This document shows, piece by piece, positions 51,360-61,981 of a stretch of DNA of 64,000 bases. The notes beneath the pieces are model-generated. The model searched no databases. It was not told the DNA's origin and saw only the letters and a program-made list of their open reading frames with translations. The stretch covers positions 3,296,001-3,360,000 of the forward strand of contig OY729428.2 in assembly GCA_963422375.2 (NCBI GenBank), read 5' to 3'. Source of the DNA: Bryobacterales bacterium (GTDB lineage Bacteria; Acidobacteriota; Terriglobia; Bryobacterales; UBA6623). The translations under genes and the position numbers were made by a program. Each line of letters opens with the position of its first letter. The first letter of the stretch is position 1.

Positions 51360-53144
51360 CTACCAGCCGACCTTGCGCCCCTCGTTCTGCTCTTCCAGAT
51401 ACGCCACCAGCGGCTGGAAGTACTCCAGCATGGCCCGGGTCGACACCTCGCTGCCGGTCTTTTCGACCATGACCTCGCGCCAGTCGCGCGTCGCCCCTAG
51501 ACTCAGCAGGTCCCACAGGAAGGTCCCGACCTCCTCGTTGCCGTAGTAGTTGCAGTCGCGCGGATCCTGCTCGAGGATGTTGCGAGCGATGTAGGTGTGC
51601 AGCTGGTACTTGATGACGAACGCCATGGCGTAGTCGTAGTACTGGGCCGGGTCGTCGGTAATGTGCGTCTTGGTGCAGGCGTCGCAGAACTCCTCGCCGC
51701 GCGGGTCGGGAGGCCTAATCCCCTGGAACCGCCCCGCGTGCTCCCACCAGCGCCTGTTGAACTCTCCCACCGGCAGGTCGCCCTCGTACAGGTCGCGCTC
51801 GAAGAAGGACATCGTCCCGGCCGAGAAGGGGATGAACACGACCGCCTGGTCCAGCGCCTCGTCAAGCAGCCACGCGATCTCGTCGATTTCCTCGCCTTCG
51901 TCCAAGAGGCCGATCTCCCTCAGGTAGGCCGGCTGCCGGGACGCGATTCCGATCAGGTCGCCGACGGCTTCGTGGAAGGCGCGGTTGGCTCCGCCTCGCA
52001 GGTTGAGCGGGACGTCCGCCCCGCTGTAGGCGAGGTAGTAGTAGATGTGGCCCAGTTCGTGGTGCGAGGTCTCGAACCAGCGCCAGTTGTTCTCCACGCT
52101 CATCAGCGAGCGCACGTCGTCCTGCAGGTCCATGTGCCAGGCGGAAGCGTGGGTGTTCTTCTTGCGCTCGGCTCCCGGCGGCAGGGGGTACAGATCCGAC
52201 TTCTCGTAGAACGACCGGGGCAGGGCGGGAAGACCCATGGACCGGTAGAAGGCCTCGGCCTGCTCGACGATCCATTCGGGGTCCTTGCCCGCCACCAGGC
52301 TGTCGAGGTCGATCCCGCGGCTCAGCCCGGGCCAGGCCTGGGCCCAGCGGTTGCCGATCCAGTGCGCGGGGATCAGGTCCGGCGGCTCGGCGCCGTAGCG
52401 CGCCGCCAGCTCGTACTTGGTCCAAGCGTGGAGCTGCTCGTAGAGCGGGCGAAGATCCGCGTTGAACCGCTCCATCATGGCCATCATCTCGGCGACGGTC
52501 ATGCCGTAGTCGGCCACTTGGAGCGCGAAGAATGAGTCGTAGCCCATCTCCCGGGCGACCTGGTTACGCAGATCGCGGAGCCTGCCGATGCCTTCCTTGA
52601 GGGCGGGGCCGGTCTGCTTGGAGACATTCCAGATCCTGCGCCGCTCCGCCTCGTCCCGCGAGGTCACCAGGATCTCGTCGATCTGATTGGGCGTCACGAC
52701 CTTGCGGCAGTCGCCGGGCGCGCCCTCGGCGCAGAATTCGAACGCGTCCAGGACCGCGCTCTGCTCGGCCTCCGCGGCCACGCGCGCCGCGACGACCTCG
52801 GGCATCGTGCCGGGGTACTCCGCGGCGGACAGGAGCACGCTGCGAAGCTGCCGCACCGTGATGTCGTCAAGCCGGCCCTGCTCGTCGAGCAGGCCCTTGA
52901 CGGTGTCGATGACCCAGGGGCTGCCGCCGAAAGAGGCCATGGCCTTCTCCGCGCCGATGCGCTCGCCCACGTGCAGCTGGGTCACGTCAGTCGCCGCCTT
53001 CCAGTGCGCCTCGGCCGTGGTCGCGTAGATCTTCTGTCCGATGCTGTCGTAGGCGGCGAGAAAGTCGTCGGCTCGCTCCTGCGCGCTGCGCCCGCAGCCA
53101 GCCGCGAGCGTCAGAGCGGCGACGGGAATTGCGAGAACCTTCAT
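51360..53144 (-). CDS. M2-family (ACE-like) metallopeptidase lipoprotein
   Basis: Lipobox-like [31 protein letters not shown]. Confidence 0.92.
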   Translation of the reverse strand: MKVLAIPVAALTLAAGCGRSAQERADDFLAAYDSIGQKIYATTAEAHWKAATDVTQLHVGERIGAEKAMASFGGSPWVIDTVKGLLDEQGRLDDITVRQLRSVLLSAAEYPGTMPEVVAARVAAEAEQSAVLDAFEFCAEGAPGDCRKVVTPNQIDEILVTSRDEAERRRIWNVSKQTGPALKEGIGRLRDLRNQVAREMGYDSFFALQVADYGMTVAEMMAMMERFNADLRPLYEQLHAWTKYELAARYGAEPPDLIPAHWIGNRWAQAWPGLSRGIDLDSLVAGKDPEWIVEQAEAFYRSMGLPALPRSFYEKSDLYPLPPGAERKKNTHASAWHMDLQDDVRSLMSVENNWRWFETSHHELGHIYYYLAYSGADVPLNLRGGANRAFHEAVGDLIGIASRQPAYLREIGLLDEGEEIDEIAWLLDEALDQAVVFIPFSAGTMSFFERDLYEGDLPVGEFNRRWWEHAGRFQGIRPPDPRGEEFCDACTKTHITDDPAQYYDYAMAFVIKYQLHTYIARNILEQDPRDCNYYGNEEVGTFLWDLLSLGATRDWREVMVEKTGSEVSTRAMLEYFQPLVAYLEEQNEGRKVGW

Positions 53145-53470
53145 AGCTGGTATTCTGACACCGCGGGCGGCGCGTACCGAGACGTACGGGCAGCGAGGCG
53201 GGCGGCTGAGCGAACGCGTCCCCCCGCCCCGCGGCGAACAGACCGGCACTCGAAGAGAGTGCCCGCCCGGGCTCGCGCCGAGCGGACGGACCGCGCGTTG
53301 CGCTAGCCAGCCGTGCTTGCGTATCCTGAAAGAGGCCCTCGGCGTCGCGGGAAGCCGCTGCCGGCCCTTGCGGGTTCGGCGCGTCCCGCCCGAGCCGAGG
53401 CCAGCCGTCCTAATCCTCGCAGATGCTTACGGCTCCGGGTCTCGTCCGGAAGCCACGGAGAATCCACATC

Positions 53471-54619
53471 ATGAAGCTCCAATCCGGTCTGGCAGTCGCC
53501 ATGCTGACGTTGCTACTCTCTGGCCTCGGCTGTGTCCCGACCGGCCAAGAGGTCTCCGAAGGGCCTATCCTGCCCGTGGGCGAGACAGTGTCGATCGATC
53601 CCCCGCTGGGACTGCCGCCGGTGGCGATACCCGCCGACAACCCCCCGACGGCGGAGACGATCGCCCTGGGCCGCAAGCTCTACTACGACAAGCGCCTCTC
53701 GATCGACAGCACGATCGCTTGCGCGAGCTGCCACGCGCCTGACGCCGGATTCGCGGATCCGAACCAGTTTTCGGAGGGCGTGGGCGGCAAGAAGGGCGGA
53801 CGGCAGTCTCCCCCGGTCATCAACGCCGCCTACTTCACGACCCAGTTCTGGGACGGTCGCGCGGCGAGCCTCGAAGAGCAGGCCGGCGGTCCGGTCGAGA
53901 ACCCGGTCGAGATGGCATTCACTCACCAAGGCGTGGAGGAGCGCCTCGCGGAGGATCCGGTTTACGTAGAGATGTTCAAGGAAGCGTGGGGGGACGGCCC
54001 CATCGTCTTCGAAATGGTCGCGAAGTCGATCGCCAGCTTCGAGCGAACGGTGCTGGCCGGCAACTCGCCCTTCGACCGCTACCTCTTCGGCGACGAAGAG
54101 GATGCGATGAGCGACGAGGCCATTCGCGGCCTGGAGCTGTTCCGCGATCCGGAGAAAGGCAACTGCGAGGTCTGCCACACCATCAACGAAGAGGAGGGCT
54201 ACGCGCTTTTCACGGACAACAAGTTCCACAATCTGGGCGTGGGAGCCGAGATCGACGGATCGCTGAAGGATATCGGCCGCTTTGAAATCACGCAGGCCGA
54301 CGGGGACCAGGGCGCGTTCAAGACATCGCACCTGCGGAACGCCTCGTCGACCGCGCCGTACATGCATGACGGCCATCTCAAGACACTCAAGGAAGTGCTC
54401 GATTTTTATATCGGCGCGGGCAACTCGAACGACTACCGCGACGAGGAAATCAAGGAGCTCGACCACCTCAGCGCCGAGGAACGGAGCGACCTGATCGCCT
54501 TCATGGAGGCCCTTAGCGGCGATGTCGCCCCGAACACGGGTCCTCCGGACGGCGAGGTCGCGTACCTGGACGTGCCGGCAGCCTCTCTCGAACGCGGCTG
54601 CTTCCGCTCCGAAATCTAG
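53471..54619 (+). CDS. Diheme cytochrome c peroxidase/MauG-family lipoprotein
   Basis: LSGLGC lipobox; CASCH and CEVCH; QFWDGRA; TAPYMHDG. Confidence 0.9.
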   Translation: MKLQSGLAVAMLTLLLSGLGCVPTGQEVSEGPILPVGETVSIDPPLGLPPVAIPADNPPTAETIALGRKLYYDKRLSIDSTIACASCHAPDAGFADPNQFSEGVGGKKGGRQSPPVINAAYFTTQFWDGRAASLEEQAGGPVENPVEMAFTHQGVEERLAEDPVYVEMFKEAWGDGPIVFEMVAKSIASFERTVLAGNSPFDRYLFGDEEDAMSDEAIRGLELFRDPEKGNCEVCHTINEEEGYALFTDNKFHNLGVGAEIDGSLKDIGRFEITQADGDQGAFKTSHLRNASSTAPYMHDGHLKTLKEVLDFYIGAGNSNDYRDEEIKELDHLSAEERSDLIAFMEALSGDVAPNTGPPDGEVAYLDVPAASLERGCFRSEI

Positions 54620-54738
54620 CCCCCGCCGGAGCGGCGGCCCGACCGTCCGCCGTCGCTCCGTCCTCCGCGGACGGTCGCATCGCCGGCGCCACGGCTCGCG
54701 CTCGGATCGACTGGAATCCACTGCACCTTACCTGAATC

Positions 54739-55569
54739 GTGAATCAAGCCTCCCTCGCACTGGCCATCATCCTCGGTTGCGGTTCCGTGGTGTTCTCCAT
54801 GCTCGGCCAAGGGGGCGGGTTGCTCTACACGCCGATCCAGGTGCTCTTCGGCGTGGACTCTCACACGGCAGTCTTCCAGAGCCTCTGGTTCACCGTCCTG
54901 ACCGCGCTGCCCGCCGTGCTGGTGTTTCGGAAGGCGCACCGAGTGGACTGGGCCTTGGCGCTGGCCCTAGAAGGGACCAGCTTCGCAGGGGCGTTCGCCA
55001 GCGGCCATGTCGCCCACCGCTTCCCGCCGCGGGCGCTGGGCTTCGCCCTGGCAGCGCTGGTCTTCGCCGCGGGGGGAACCATGCTGCTGAAGCTGCGGCC
55101 CCGTAGGGAACCCGCGAGGCACTCGCGGCTGGAGTGGCTCCGGGAGCGCGCCGGCCAGCGCTACCGAATCCATCTGGGGAAGGGACTGCCCCTGTCGGGC
55201 CTCATCGGCATCATGTCGGGCCTGACCGGGGCGGCCGGCGGGTTCCTGAAAATCCCGATGCTGGTGCGCCTGTTCGGGGTGCCTGCCAAGGTGGCCTTCG
55301 GCTCGTCCGCGCTCATGGTCAGCCTGACCGCGACTGGCGGGCTATTGGGGCACCTGTCCGCGGGCGCGACGGTCTGGCACGAGCCGCTGCTGCTCAGCGC
55401 CTTCGTTCTCGCCGGATCCCAGATCGGCCCGCGCCTGGCCCTGCGCTCCGAGCCGCGCGCGATCCGCAGGCACTTCGCTGCCTACCTGTTCGGCCTGGCG
55501 TCCCTCGTACTGGTGAGTTCCTTGTTCCTCGCTCCCGACGGCGCGCTCGCGCTTTCCGCGCTGGAGTAG
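54739..55569 (+). CDS. TSUP (TauE/SafE) transporter
   Basis: GQGGG...P and GAAGGF..IP repeats; about 8 TM helices. Confidence 0.85.
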   Translation: MNQASLALAIILGCGSVVFSMLGQGGGLLYTPIQVLFGVDSHTAVFQSLWFTVLTALPAVLVFRKAHRVDWALALALEGTSFAGAFASGHVAHRFPPRALGFALAALVFAAGGTMLLKLRPRREPARHSRLEWLRERAGQRYRIHLGKGLPLSGLIGIMSGLTGAAGGFLKIPMLVRLFGVPAKVAFGSSALMVSLTATGGLLGHLSAGATVWHEPLLLSAFVLAGSQIGPRLALRSEPRAIRRHFAAYLFGLASLVLVSSLFLAPDGALALSALE

Positions 55570-55708
55570 GGGTCACGCAGCCGCAAGCGAGCTCGGACAG
55601 CTAGCCGAGCGGCACGGGCGGCAGCGTCAAACGTCCGGGACGGCGAGGGGCGCTCGGCGGCAGCGGCGGAATCGCCTCCGGCTCTGGTAGAATTCGAGCA
55701 AAGCAAAC

Positions 55709-56011
55709 ATGACCGATACGACTTCCGCTGCAGCGGGGAATTCGGAAGACGGGGCGCCGGATCCCAAGAACATGGTGTTGCGGCTGGCCGACGGCACAGC
55801 CGTGAAAAGACGCTTGCTGCGGCAGCGCGCCTGCGACGAGCCAGCCGGCAAGAAGATTTGCGCAGGCCACCTCAAGCGCTGGTACGGCTACGACCAGGAG
55901 CTTGTCGTCAAGTTCGGCCCCGCCCCCGAGATCTATCGCTGCGAGCGCTGCAAGATCCTGTTCATCCCGAACGAGGCGGAAGTCCCCCGCACGGGCACCC
56001 TCGCGTTCTGA
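55709..56011 (+). CDS. Small hypothetical protein with possible Zn ligands
   Basis: C...CAGH and CERC motifs; ends 5 nt before the mutase start. Confidence 0.7.
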   Translation: MTDTTSAAAGNSEDGAPDPKNMVLRLADGTAVKRRLLRQRACDEPAGKKICAGHLKRWYGYDQELVVKFGPAPEIYRCERCKILFIPNEAEVPRTGTLAF

Positions 56012-56016
56012 CCCCG

Positions 56017-57584
56017 TGGAACGGCGCACGGGCTCCAACCTCGTGGTCGACAGGGTCTACACCGCCTCCAGCGGGGGTTCCGGCGCGCTGGGCCGCCCCG
56101 GGGAGCGCCCGTTCACTCGCGGCATCCACCCGCGCATGTACCTGGAGCGGGGCTGGACCATGCGCCAGTTCGCCGGTTACGGGACTCCCGCCGAGACCAA
56201 CCGCCGCTTCCGATTCCTGCTCGACCAAGGCCAGACCGGCCTCTCGGTCGCGTTCGACCTGCCCACGTTGATGGGCTACGACAGCGACCACCCGCTGGCG
56301 GAAGGCGAGGTGGGCAAGTGCGGCGTCGCCGTCTCCTCCCTCGCCGACATGGAGGCTCTGTTCGAGGGAATCCCCCTCGGCGAGGTCTCCACGTCCATGA
56401 CCATCACGTCTTCGGCGGCGATCCTGTGGGCGATGTACCTCGTAGTCGCGGAGCGGCAAGGACTCGGCTGGGAGCGTCTCTCGGGCACGATTCAAAACGA
56501 CATCCTCAAGGAGTTCATCGCCCAGAAGGAGTACATCTACCCTCCTCGCCAGTCGATGCGGCTCGTGGCCGACTCCATCGAATTCGCAACCGAGCGCGCG
56601 CCCCGCTTCAACCCGATTTCGATCAGCGGGTATCACATTCGCGAGGCCGGGGCGACCGCGCCGCAGGAGCTGGCCTACACGCTCGGGGCGGGCATCGCGT
56701 ATGTCGAGTGGACGTTGCAGCGCAACTTGGAAGTCGACTCCTTCGCCCCTCGCCTGAGCTTCTTCTTCGACGCTCACAACGACTTCTTCGAGGAGATCGC
56801 CAAGTTCCGGGCCGCCAGACGGATCTGGTGCCGCATCATGGAGGAACGCTTCGCCGCGAAGAACCCCCGGTCGCTCAAGCTCCGATTTCACGCTCAGACG
56901 GCCGGCGTGACGCTGACGGCCCAGCAGCCGCAAGTCAATCTGGTCCGCACGGCCCTGCAGGCGCTCGCGGCCGTCCTCGGCGGCACTCAGTCCCTCCACA
57001 CGAACGCCTTGGACGAGGCCTACGCCCTGCCGACGCCGGAGGCCGCCCTGCTCGCGCTCCGAACGCAGCAGGTCATCGCCTCCGAAACCGGCGTGACGAA
57101 CACGGTCGATCCCTGCGGCGGCAGCTACTTCGTGGAGCGCCTTACGGACGAGCTGGAAGCGAGCTGCTGGGAGGAACTCGACCGGATCGACGCGATGGGC
57201 GGGATGGTCGCCGCCGTCGAGCGCGGCTACCCGCAAGCGGAAATCGCGAAGTCAAGCTACGAATGCCAGCGCCGCATGGAAAGCGGCGAACTGAAGGTCG
57301 TCGGGGTCAACGCCTACGTTGACAGCGCCAGCCCGGCCATCGAAACGCTGACGATCGACGAAGCCGCCCAGCGGCGCCAGGCCGCGAAGCTGGACGACCT
57401 GCGCCGGAGGAGGGACGCCAAGGCGCTCGCAGGGGCGCTGGCGGGAGTGCGGAGGGCTGCATCCGGATCCGCCAACCTGATGCCTCTCATCATCGACGCG
57501 GTGCGCGCGTACGCCACGCTGGGGGAAATCTGCGACGCGCTGCGCGCCGAGTTCGGCGTTTACTCCGAGCACCCCGCGATCTGA
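56017..57584 (+). CDS. B12-dependent acyl-CoA mutase large subunit (isobutyryl-CoA mutase-like)
   Basis: [40 protein letters not shown] and QSLHTN motifs; no DxHxxG B12 domain. Confidence 0.92.
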
Positions 57585-57635
57585 GGCAGGCTGGAGACCG
57601 TCGCGGCAACGGCCCTCGATTCGCCGGGCGCGTGC

Positions 57636-58790
57636 CTACCCGGTCACCGGGCGCATGCGCCCGTCCGGTGCCAGATCGTAGGTTCGGTCGCGCCAGGCGA
57701 CGCGCTTGCCGAAGCATCCGGCGGCCCAAGTCGCGAGGCTGAACGCGTCCTGCACGGGCAGCAGCCACAGGCAGCGCGCGACAAGGGCGTCGCGTAGCAC
57801 GACGCCCCCCATGGCGGCTGCCGTCGCGACGCGAAGCGCAACGCAGGCCGCGGCAAGCCAGCAGGCCCAGTCGGCCGCCCACGTTGCAGCGAGCAGAATC
57901 GGCACCCACGGCAGAGGATTCGCCAGCAGCTCGCCCCAGTAGCCCGCCGGCCGCGACCTGCGCGTGGAGCGTCGCCAACGGATCCGGTGCGCCATGTTCG
58001 CCGCGAAGCGCTGGCTCCCGATCCGGTGCTCGACGACATGCGTTCCGAGGCGCACTTCAAAGCCCGACCGGCGCGCGCGCCTACCGATCTGGAAGTCTTC
58101 GGCCAAGTAGTCGCCCAGATCGTCCCAACCTCCCGCGGCATCCAAGCAGGACCGGCTCACGGCCATGGTGGGACCGACTGCGAAATCCATTTGCAACAGG
58201 AATTGCGCGGCCAGGACGCCGCCCCAGAACTCGGTGTTCATTCCGAGCGCTTCAAGAACGGACCACGGGCCGCCCCCGGGCGCGGCGCGGTAGGGGCAGG
58301 TCACCACGCCGACACCGGGGGCGCGGAATTCGGCCGCCAGGTCCTTCAGAAGCGACGGGCGGGCGCGGATGTCGCTGTCACTGATGACCAGCACGCTTCC
58401 TGTCGCGACCCGTGTCATGGCGGCAAGCGACTGGACCTTGGCGTTGGGCCAATGGGCGTCCGGAACGGCGACCACGCTCGCCTGCACGCCCGGGTAGCGC
58501 CGCGCCAAGGCGCGCGCGACATCCAAGGCAGGGTCTGCCGGGTCTCTGGCCGCGAACAGCAGTTCGTAGTCCGGCCAGTCCAGCTCGAAAAAGCCCCGCA
58601 AGTTCCCCGCGAGGTCCGGCTCGCTCCCCGCGAGCGGCTTGAGCACGCTGAACCGGGGACCGCCGCCCGCTGGCCGTCGCCTCGCGCGACGCCGCGCGAA
58701 TCCGACGGCGGCGGCTAGAACGATCAGGAAGTAGCCGCAACCCGAGGCCACCAACGCCGCGACGAGCGCCGTGACGGCATCGAGGGCCAA
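57636..58790 (-). CDS. hpnI: HpnI-like GT2 glycosyltransferase (hopanoid/ceramide glucosyltransferase family)
   Basis: SVLKPL.G, NAKV.SL, ISDSD, LAEDF and RW motifs; N- and C-terminal TM helices. Confidence 0.8.
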   Translation of the reverse strand: MALDAVTALVAALVASGCGYFLIVLAAAVGFARRRARRRPAGGGPRFSVLKPLAGSEPDLAGNLRGFFELDWPDYELLFAARDPADPALDVARALARRYPGVQASVVAVPDAHWPNAKVQSLAAMTRVATGSVLVISDSDIRARPSLLKDLAAEFRAPGVGVVTCPYRAAPGGGPWSVLEALGMNTEFWGGVLAAQFLLQMDFAVGPTMAVSRSCLDAAGGWDDLGDYLAEDFQIGRRARRSGFEVRLGTHVVEHRIGSQRFAANMAHRIRWRRSTRRSRPAGYWGELLANPLPWVPILLAATWAADWACWLAAACVALRVATAAAMGGVVLRDALVARCLWLLPVQDAFSLATWAAGCFGKRVAWRDRTYDLAPDGRMRPVTG

Positions 58791-58795
58791 CGCGC

Positions 58796-59539
58796 CTACC
58801 GGACGAGCTCGTCCTTCTCGATCTTGCCGTCGCGCAATTGCACGATGCGGCGAGCGTGCTCGGCGATGTCCGGCTCGTGCGTCACCAGGATGATCGTGTT
58901 GCCCTGCCTGTGCAGCACGTCGATCACGCCCATGATTTCCATCGAGGTGGCCGTGTCCAGGTTTCCGGTCGGCTCGTCCGCCAGGATGATCGATGGGTTC
59001 CCGACAAGAGCGCGCGCGATCGCCACGCGCTGGCGCTGCCCGCCCGAGAGTTCGGCAGGCTTATGGTACATGCGCTCGGTCAGATCGACCTGCTGCAGCG
59101 CGTGCTGGGCCCGCTCAATCCGCTTCGAGGGAGCCTCTCCGGCATAGACCAGCGGCAGTTCGACGTTCTGCAGCGCCGTCAGGCGGGGCAGGAGGTTGAA
59201 CGTCTGGAAGACGAACCCGATCTCGCGGTTGCGAATATAGGCCAGCTCGTCGTCGGTCATCTCGCTGATCAGCTGTCCGGCGATGTAGTATTCGCCCGCT
59301 GTCGGCGTGTCGAGCGCCCCGATCAGGTTCATGAACGTCGACTTGCCGGAACCCGACGGCCCCATCAAGGCCACGTACTCTCCGTAGCGGATCTCCATGT
59401 CCACGCCGTTCACGGCGTGGATTTCCTGGTCGCCCATTACGTACGTCTTGCGCAGGCCGTACGTCTGGATCACGATGTTGTCCGCAACCAGCTGCCTGCC
59501 AATCGAATCCTTGTGCTGAGCTGCCGCCGCTGCCGCCAT
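58796..59539 (-). CDS. ABC transporter ATP-binding protein (LolD/MacB type)
   Basis: [26 protein letters not shown] and [10 protein letters not shown] motifs. Confidence 0.95.
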   Translation of the reverse strand: MAAAAAAQHKDSIGRQLVADNIVIQTYGLRKTYVMGDQEIHAVNGVDMEIRYGEYVALMGPSGSGKSTFMNLIGALDTPTAGEYYIAGQLISEMTDDELAYIRNREIGFVFQTFNLLPRLTALQNVELPLVYAGEAPSKRIERAQHALQQVDLTERMYHKPAELSGGQRQRVAIARALVGNPSIILADEPTGNLDTATSMEIMGVIDVLHRQGNTIILVTHEPDIAEHARRIVQLRDGKIEKDELVR

Positions 59540-59586
59540 GACCCTCAAACCATTCTAGGCGCGTGCCGTCCGATACTAGTTACCCG

Positions 59587-60513
59587 TTACTCCCGCATCA
59601 GCACGTCCACGCGGCACCGGTCGCCGGGCCGCGTGCTCGCCAGCGGCGACGCCAGCACCAGCGTCTCGTCGGATATCTCGAAGAGCAGCGGGCCGGGCAC
59701 GCCGCAGGCCGACCGCACGGACACGATTCCGTGCAGTCCCTCGACAGCGGCCCGCAGCAGCGGCTTGGCCGCACGAGAGATCGTGGCAAGCAGCGTACCG
59801 CGGGCGGCCTGGTCGCCCGCCCGAACATGAATCTCGCGGACGGTCCCGTCCCACGGGCTCGACACGACGAAAGTATTCGGGAGCCGAGCGAGCCGCTCGC
59901 TGAGCCGCTCGGCCCGCCGAAGTCGCGGGTCCGCCTTCGGGGCGGCGCTGGCGGCCGCGCCTGAAACGTTCTCGCTCGCGCTGGCTCGCGCCTCCTGCAG
60001 GCGCCGCCCGAGCGCGGCGAATTCCCGCTCCTCGCGCTCGAAGTCCACGCGCGCGACCAGCCCGCCCTCGTGCAGTTCCCGCCAGCGCTCGAAATCCTTC
60101 CGGGCCAGGTCATAGGACTCCTCGACCTGGCGCAGCGCGGCGAGCCTCAGATTCCGGCCGGCGTCCGCCGCGCCGATTCTCCGATCGGCGGGAGGGCGGG
60201 CGGCGGAGGCTCGCAGCCCGGCAATCTCGCCCCGCAAGTGCGCCCTCGATTCCATCAGGGCCGTGTCCTCGAACTCGAGCAGCGGATCCTCTAGGGAGAC
60301 GGCGACTCCGGGGGCGGCGCGGAGGGCCGAGACCTTCCCGGGCCGCCTGGAGCGAACCTCGCCGACGACGGTCGCCACGGCCTCTGCCGAGATCGTCGCC
60401 TGCCGCAGCGGAACGGCCGGCGGCGGAAGTGGCGGGCCGACAAGCGCTCGGAGCCAGAGCGCCAGGCCCGCGCACGCTCCCGCGAAGACCGCGACTGCGA
60501 CGCGAGCCGTCAT
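59587..60513 (-). CDS. Divergent HlyD/membrane-fusion-like protein
   Basis: N-terminal TM anchor; lipoyl-like halves (VRSRRPGKV; VSSPWDGTV...VRAGD) around a coiled coil. Confidence 0.6.
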   Translation of the reverse strand: MTARVAVAVFAGACAGLALWLRALVGPPLPPPAVPLRQATISAEAVATVVGEVRSRRPGKVSALRAAPGVAVSLEDPLLEFEDTALMESRAHLRGEIAGLRASAARPPADRRIGAADAGRNLRLAALRQVEESYDLARKDFERWRELHEGGLVARVDFEREEREFAALGRRLQEARASASENVSGAAASAAPKADPRLRRAERLSERLARLPNTFVVSSPWDGTVREIHVRAGDQAARGTLLATISRAAKPLLRAAVEGLHGIVSVRSACGVPGPLLFEISDETLVLASPLASTRPGDRCRVDVLMRE

Positions 60514-60529
60514 GGCACCCCTTGGCGAG

Positions 60530-61981
60530 CTAGCTGATCTTCAGCTCGTTCCATATCGGATCCACCCGCCTCTTGATGTCCTCGTCCATCGCGAGAACCT
60601 CCGGCCAGGGACGGGAGAAGCCCTCGCTGCGCCATTTCCGGGTCGCGTCGATACCCATCTTCGAGCCGTAGTCCGGCAGGCGGCTGGCATGGTCCAAGGA
60701 GTCGACCGGCCCCATGGTGAACTGGATGTCTCGCTCCGGGTCGATGTTGTTCAGCACGCGCCAGGCCGTTTCCGCCGGGTTCTGCACGTTTACGTCGTCG
60801 TCGACCACGACGATGCACTTCGTCGCCGAGGCCTGCCCCAGGCCCCAGATGGCATTCATCACCTTGCGCGCCTGGCCGGGATAGGACTTGCGGATCGAGA
60901 CGAGCATCAGGTTGTGGAAGATGCCTTCCGCCGGCATGCACACATCGACGATCTCCGGCGCTTGCAGCTTCATCAGCGGAAGGAACATCCGCTCGATCGC
61001 CTTGCCCATGTAGTAGTCCTCCATGGGCGGGGGGCCCACGATGGTCGTGGCGTAGATCGGATCCTTCCGCTGCGTGACGCAGTCCACATGGAAAACGGGG
61101 TAGTCGTCCTCGAGGGAGTAGTACCCCGTGTGGTCTCCGAACGGCCCCTCGGTTCGGAGCTCGCCGAGGTTGACGTGGCCCTCCAGCACGATCTCGGCGT
61201 TGGCCGGCACTTCCAAGTCGACTGTCTTGCAGCGCACCATCTCCACGGGCTGCTTGCGGATGAAACCGGCGAACAGCATCTCGTCGAGGTCAGGCGGAAG
61301 AGGCAGGATGCCCGAGTACATCGTCGCGGGATCTGAGCCAATCGCCACGGCAACCTCCATGCGGGTACCCTTCCCCTCCCTCTGCATCCGGCGGTAATGC
61401 TCCGCTCCCTGCTTGTGCGTTTGCCAGTGCATGCCGGTCGTGCGGTCGTCATAGACCTGCAGGCGGTAGGTCCCGCAGTTCCTCTTGCCGGTGACCGGGT
61501 TGCGGGAGAAGACCAGCGGAAGCGTGATGAAGGGCCCGCCGTCGCCCGGCCAGCAGGTGAGCACCGGATAGTCGTGCAGCGAGAATCCGTCTGTCCTGAC
61601 GACCTGCTGGCAGGCTCCGGAGCGCACGGTCCGGGGCACGAAGTTCCGCACCTCGGCCAGCTTGGCGAGGCCCTTCAGCTTGCCGGCGACGCCGGCGGGC
61701 ACGCCTAAGTCCAGAAACTCCGAGATGCGCGCCGCCACGTCGTCGAGCTCCCGGACCTGAAACGCGATGCGCATCTTGGACATCGAGGCGTACGAGTTGA
61801 TCAGAACGGGGATGCTCGAGCCCTTGGGGTTCTCGAAGAGCAGGGCCGGCCCGCCACTCTTCACGGCGCGGTCGGCGAGTTCCGCGATCTCAAGCCGGGG
61901 ATCCACCTCCGCTCGGACGCGCCTGAGCTCGCCGTGAGTCTCGAGGGCGGCGATGAAGTCCCGGATATCGCGGTATGCCAT
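60530..61981 (-). CDS. UbiD-family decarboxylase (menaquinone-pathway type)
   Basis: YRDIRDFI, GPALLFE, WPGDGG.FIT.P, EGPFGDHTGYY, GPPPMED and GSKMGIDAT motifs. Confidence 0.93.
   Translation of the reverse strand: MAYRDIRDFIAALETHGELRRVRAEVDPRLEIAELADRAVKSGGPALLFENPKGSSIPVLINSYASMSKMRIAFQVRELDDVAARISEFLDLGVPAGVAGKLKGLAKLAEVRNFVPRTVRSGACQQVVRTDGFSLHDYPVLTCWPGDGGPFITLPLVFSRNPVTGKRNCGTYRLQVYDDRTTGMHWQTHKQGAEHYRRMQREGKGTRMEVAVAIGSDPATMYSGILPLPPDLDEMLFAGFIRKQPVEMVRCKTVDLEVPANAEIVLEGHVNLGELRTEGPFGDHTGYYSLEDDYPVFHVDCVTQRKDPIYATTIVGPPPMEDYYMGKAIERMFLPLMKLQAPEIVDVCMPAEGIFHNLMLVSIRKSYPGQARKVMNAIWGLGQASATKCIVVVDDDVNVQNPAETAWRVLNNIDPERDIQFTMGPVDSLDHASRLPDYGSKMGIDATRKWRSEGFSRPWPEVLAMDEDIKRRVDPIWNELKIS

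Noticed and set aside
56009..56035. TGA followed by a hairpin as a second possible Sec site
   Set aside because: The read-through frame is not the mutase frame and looks non-coding; the hairpin is too close to the UGA.
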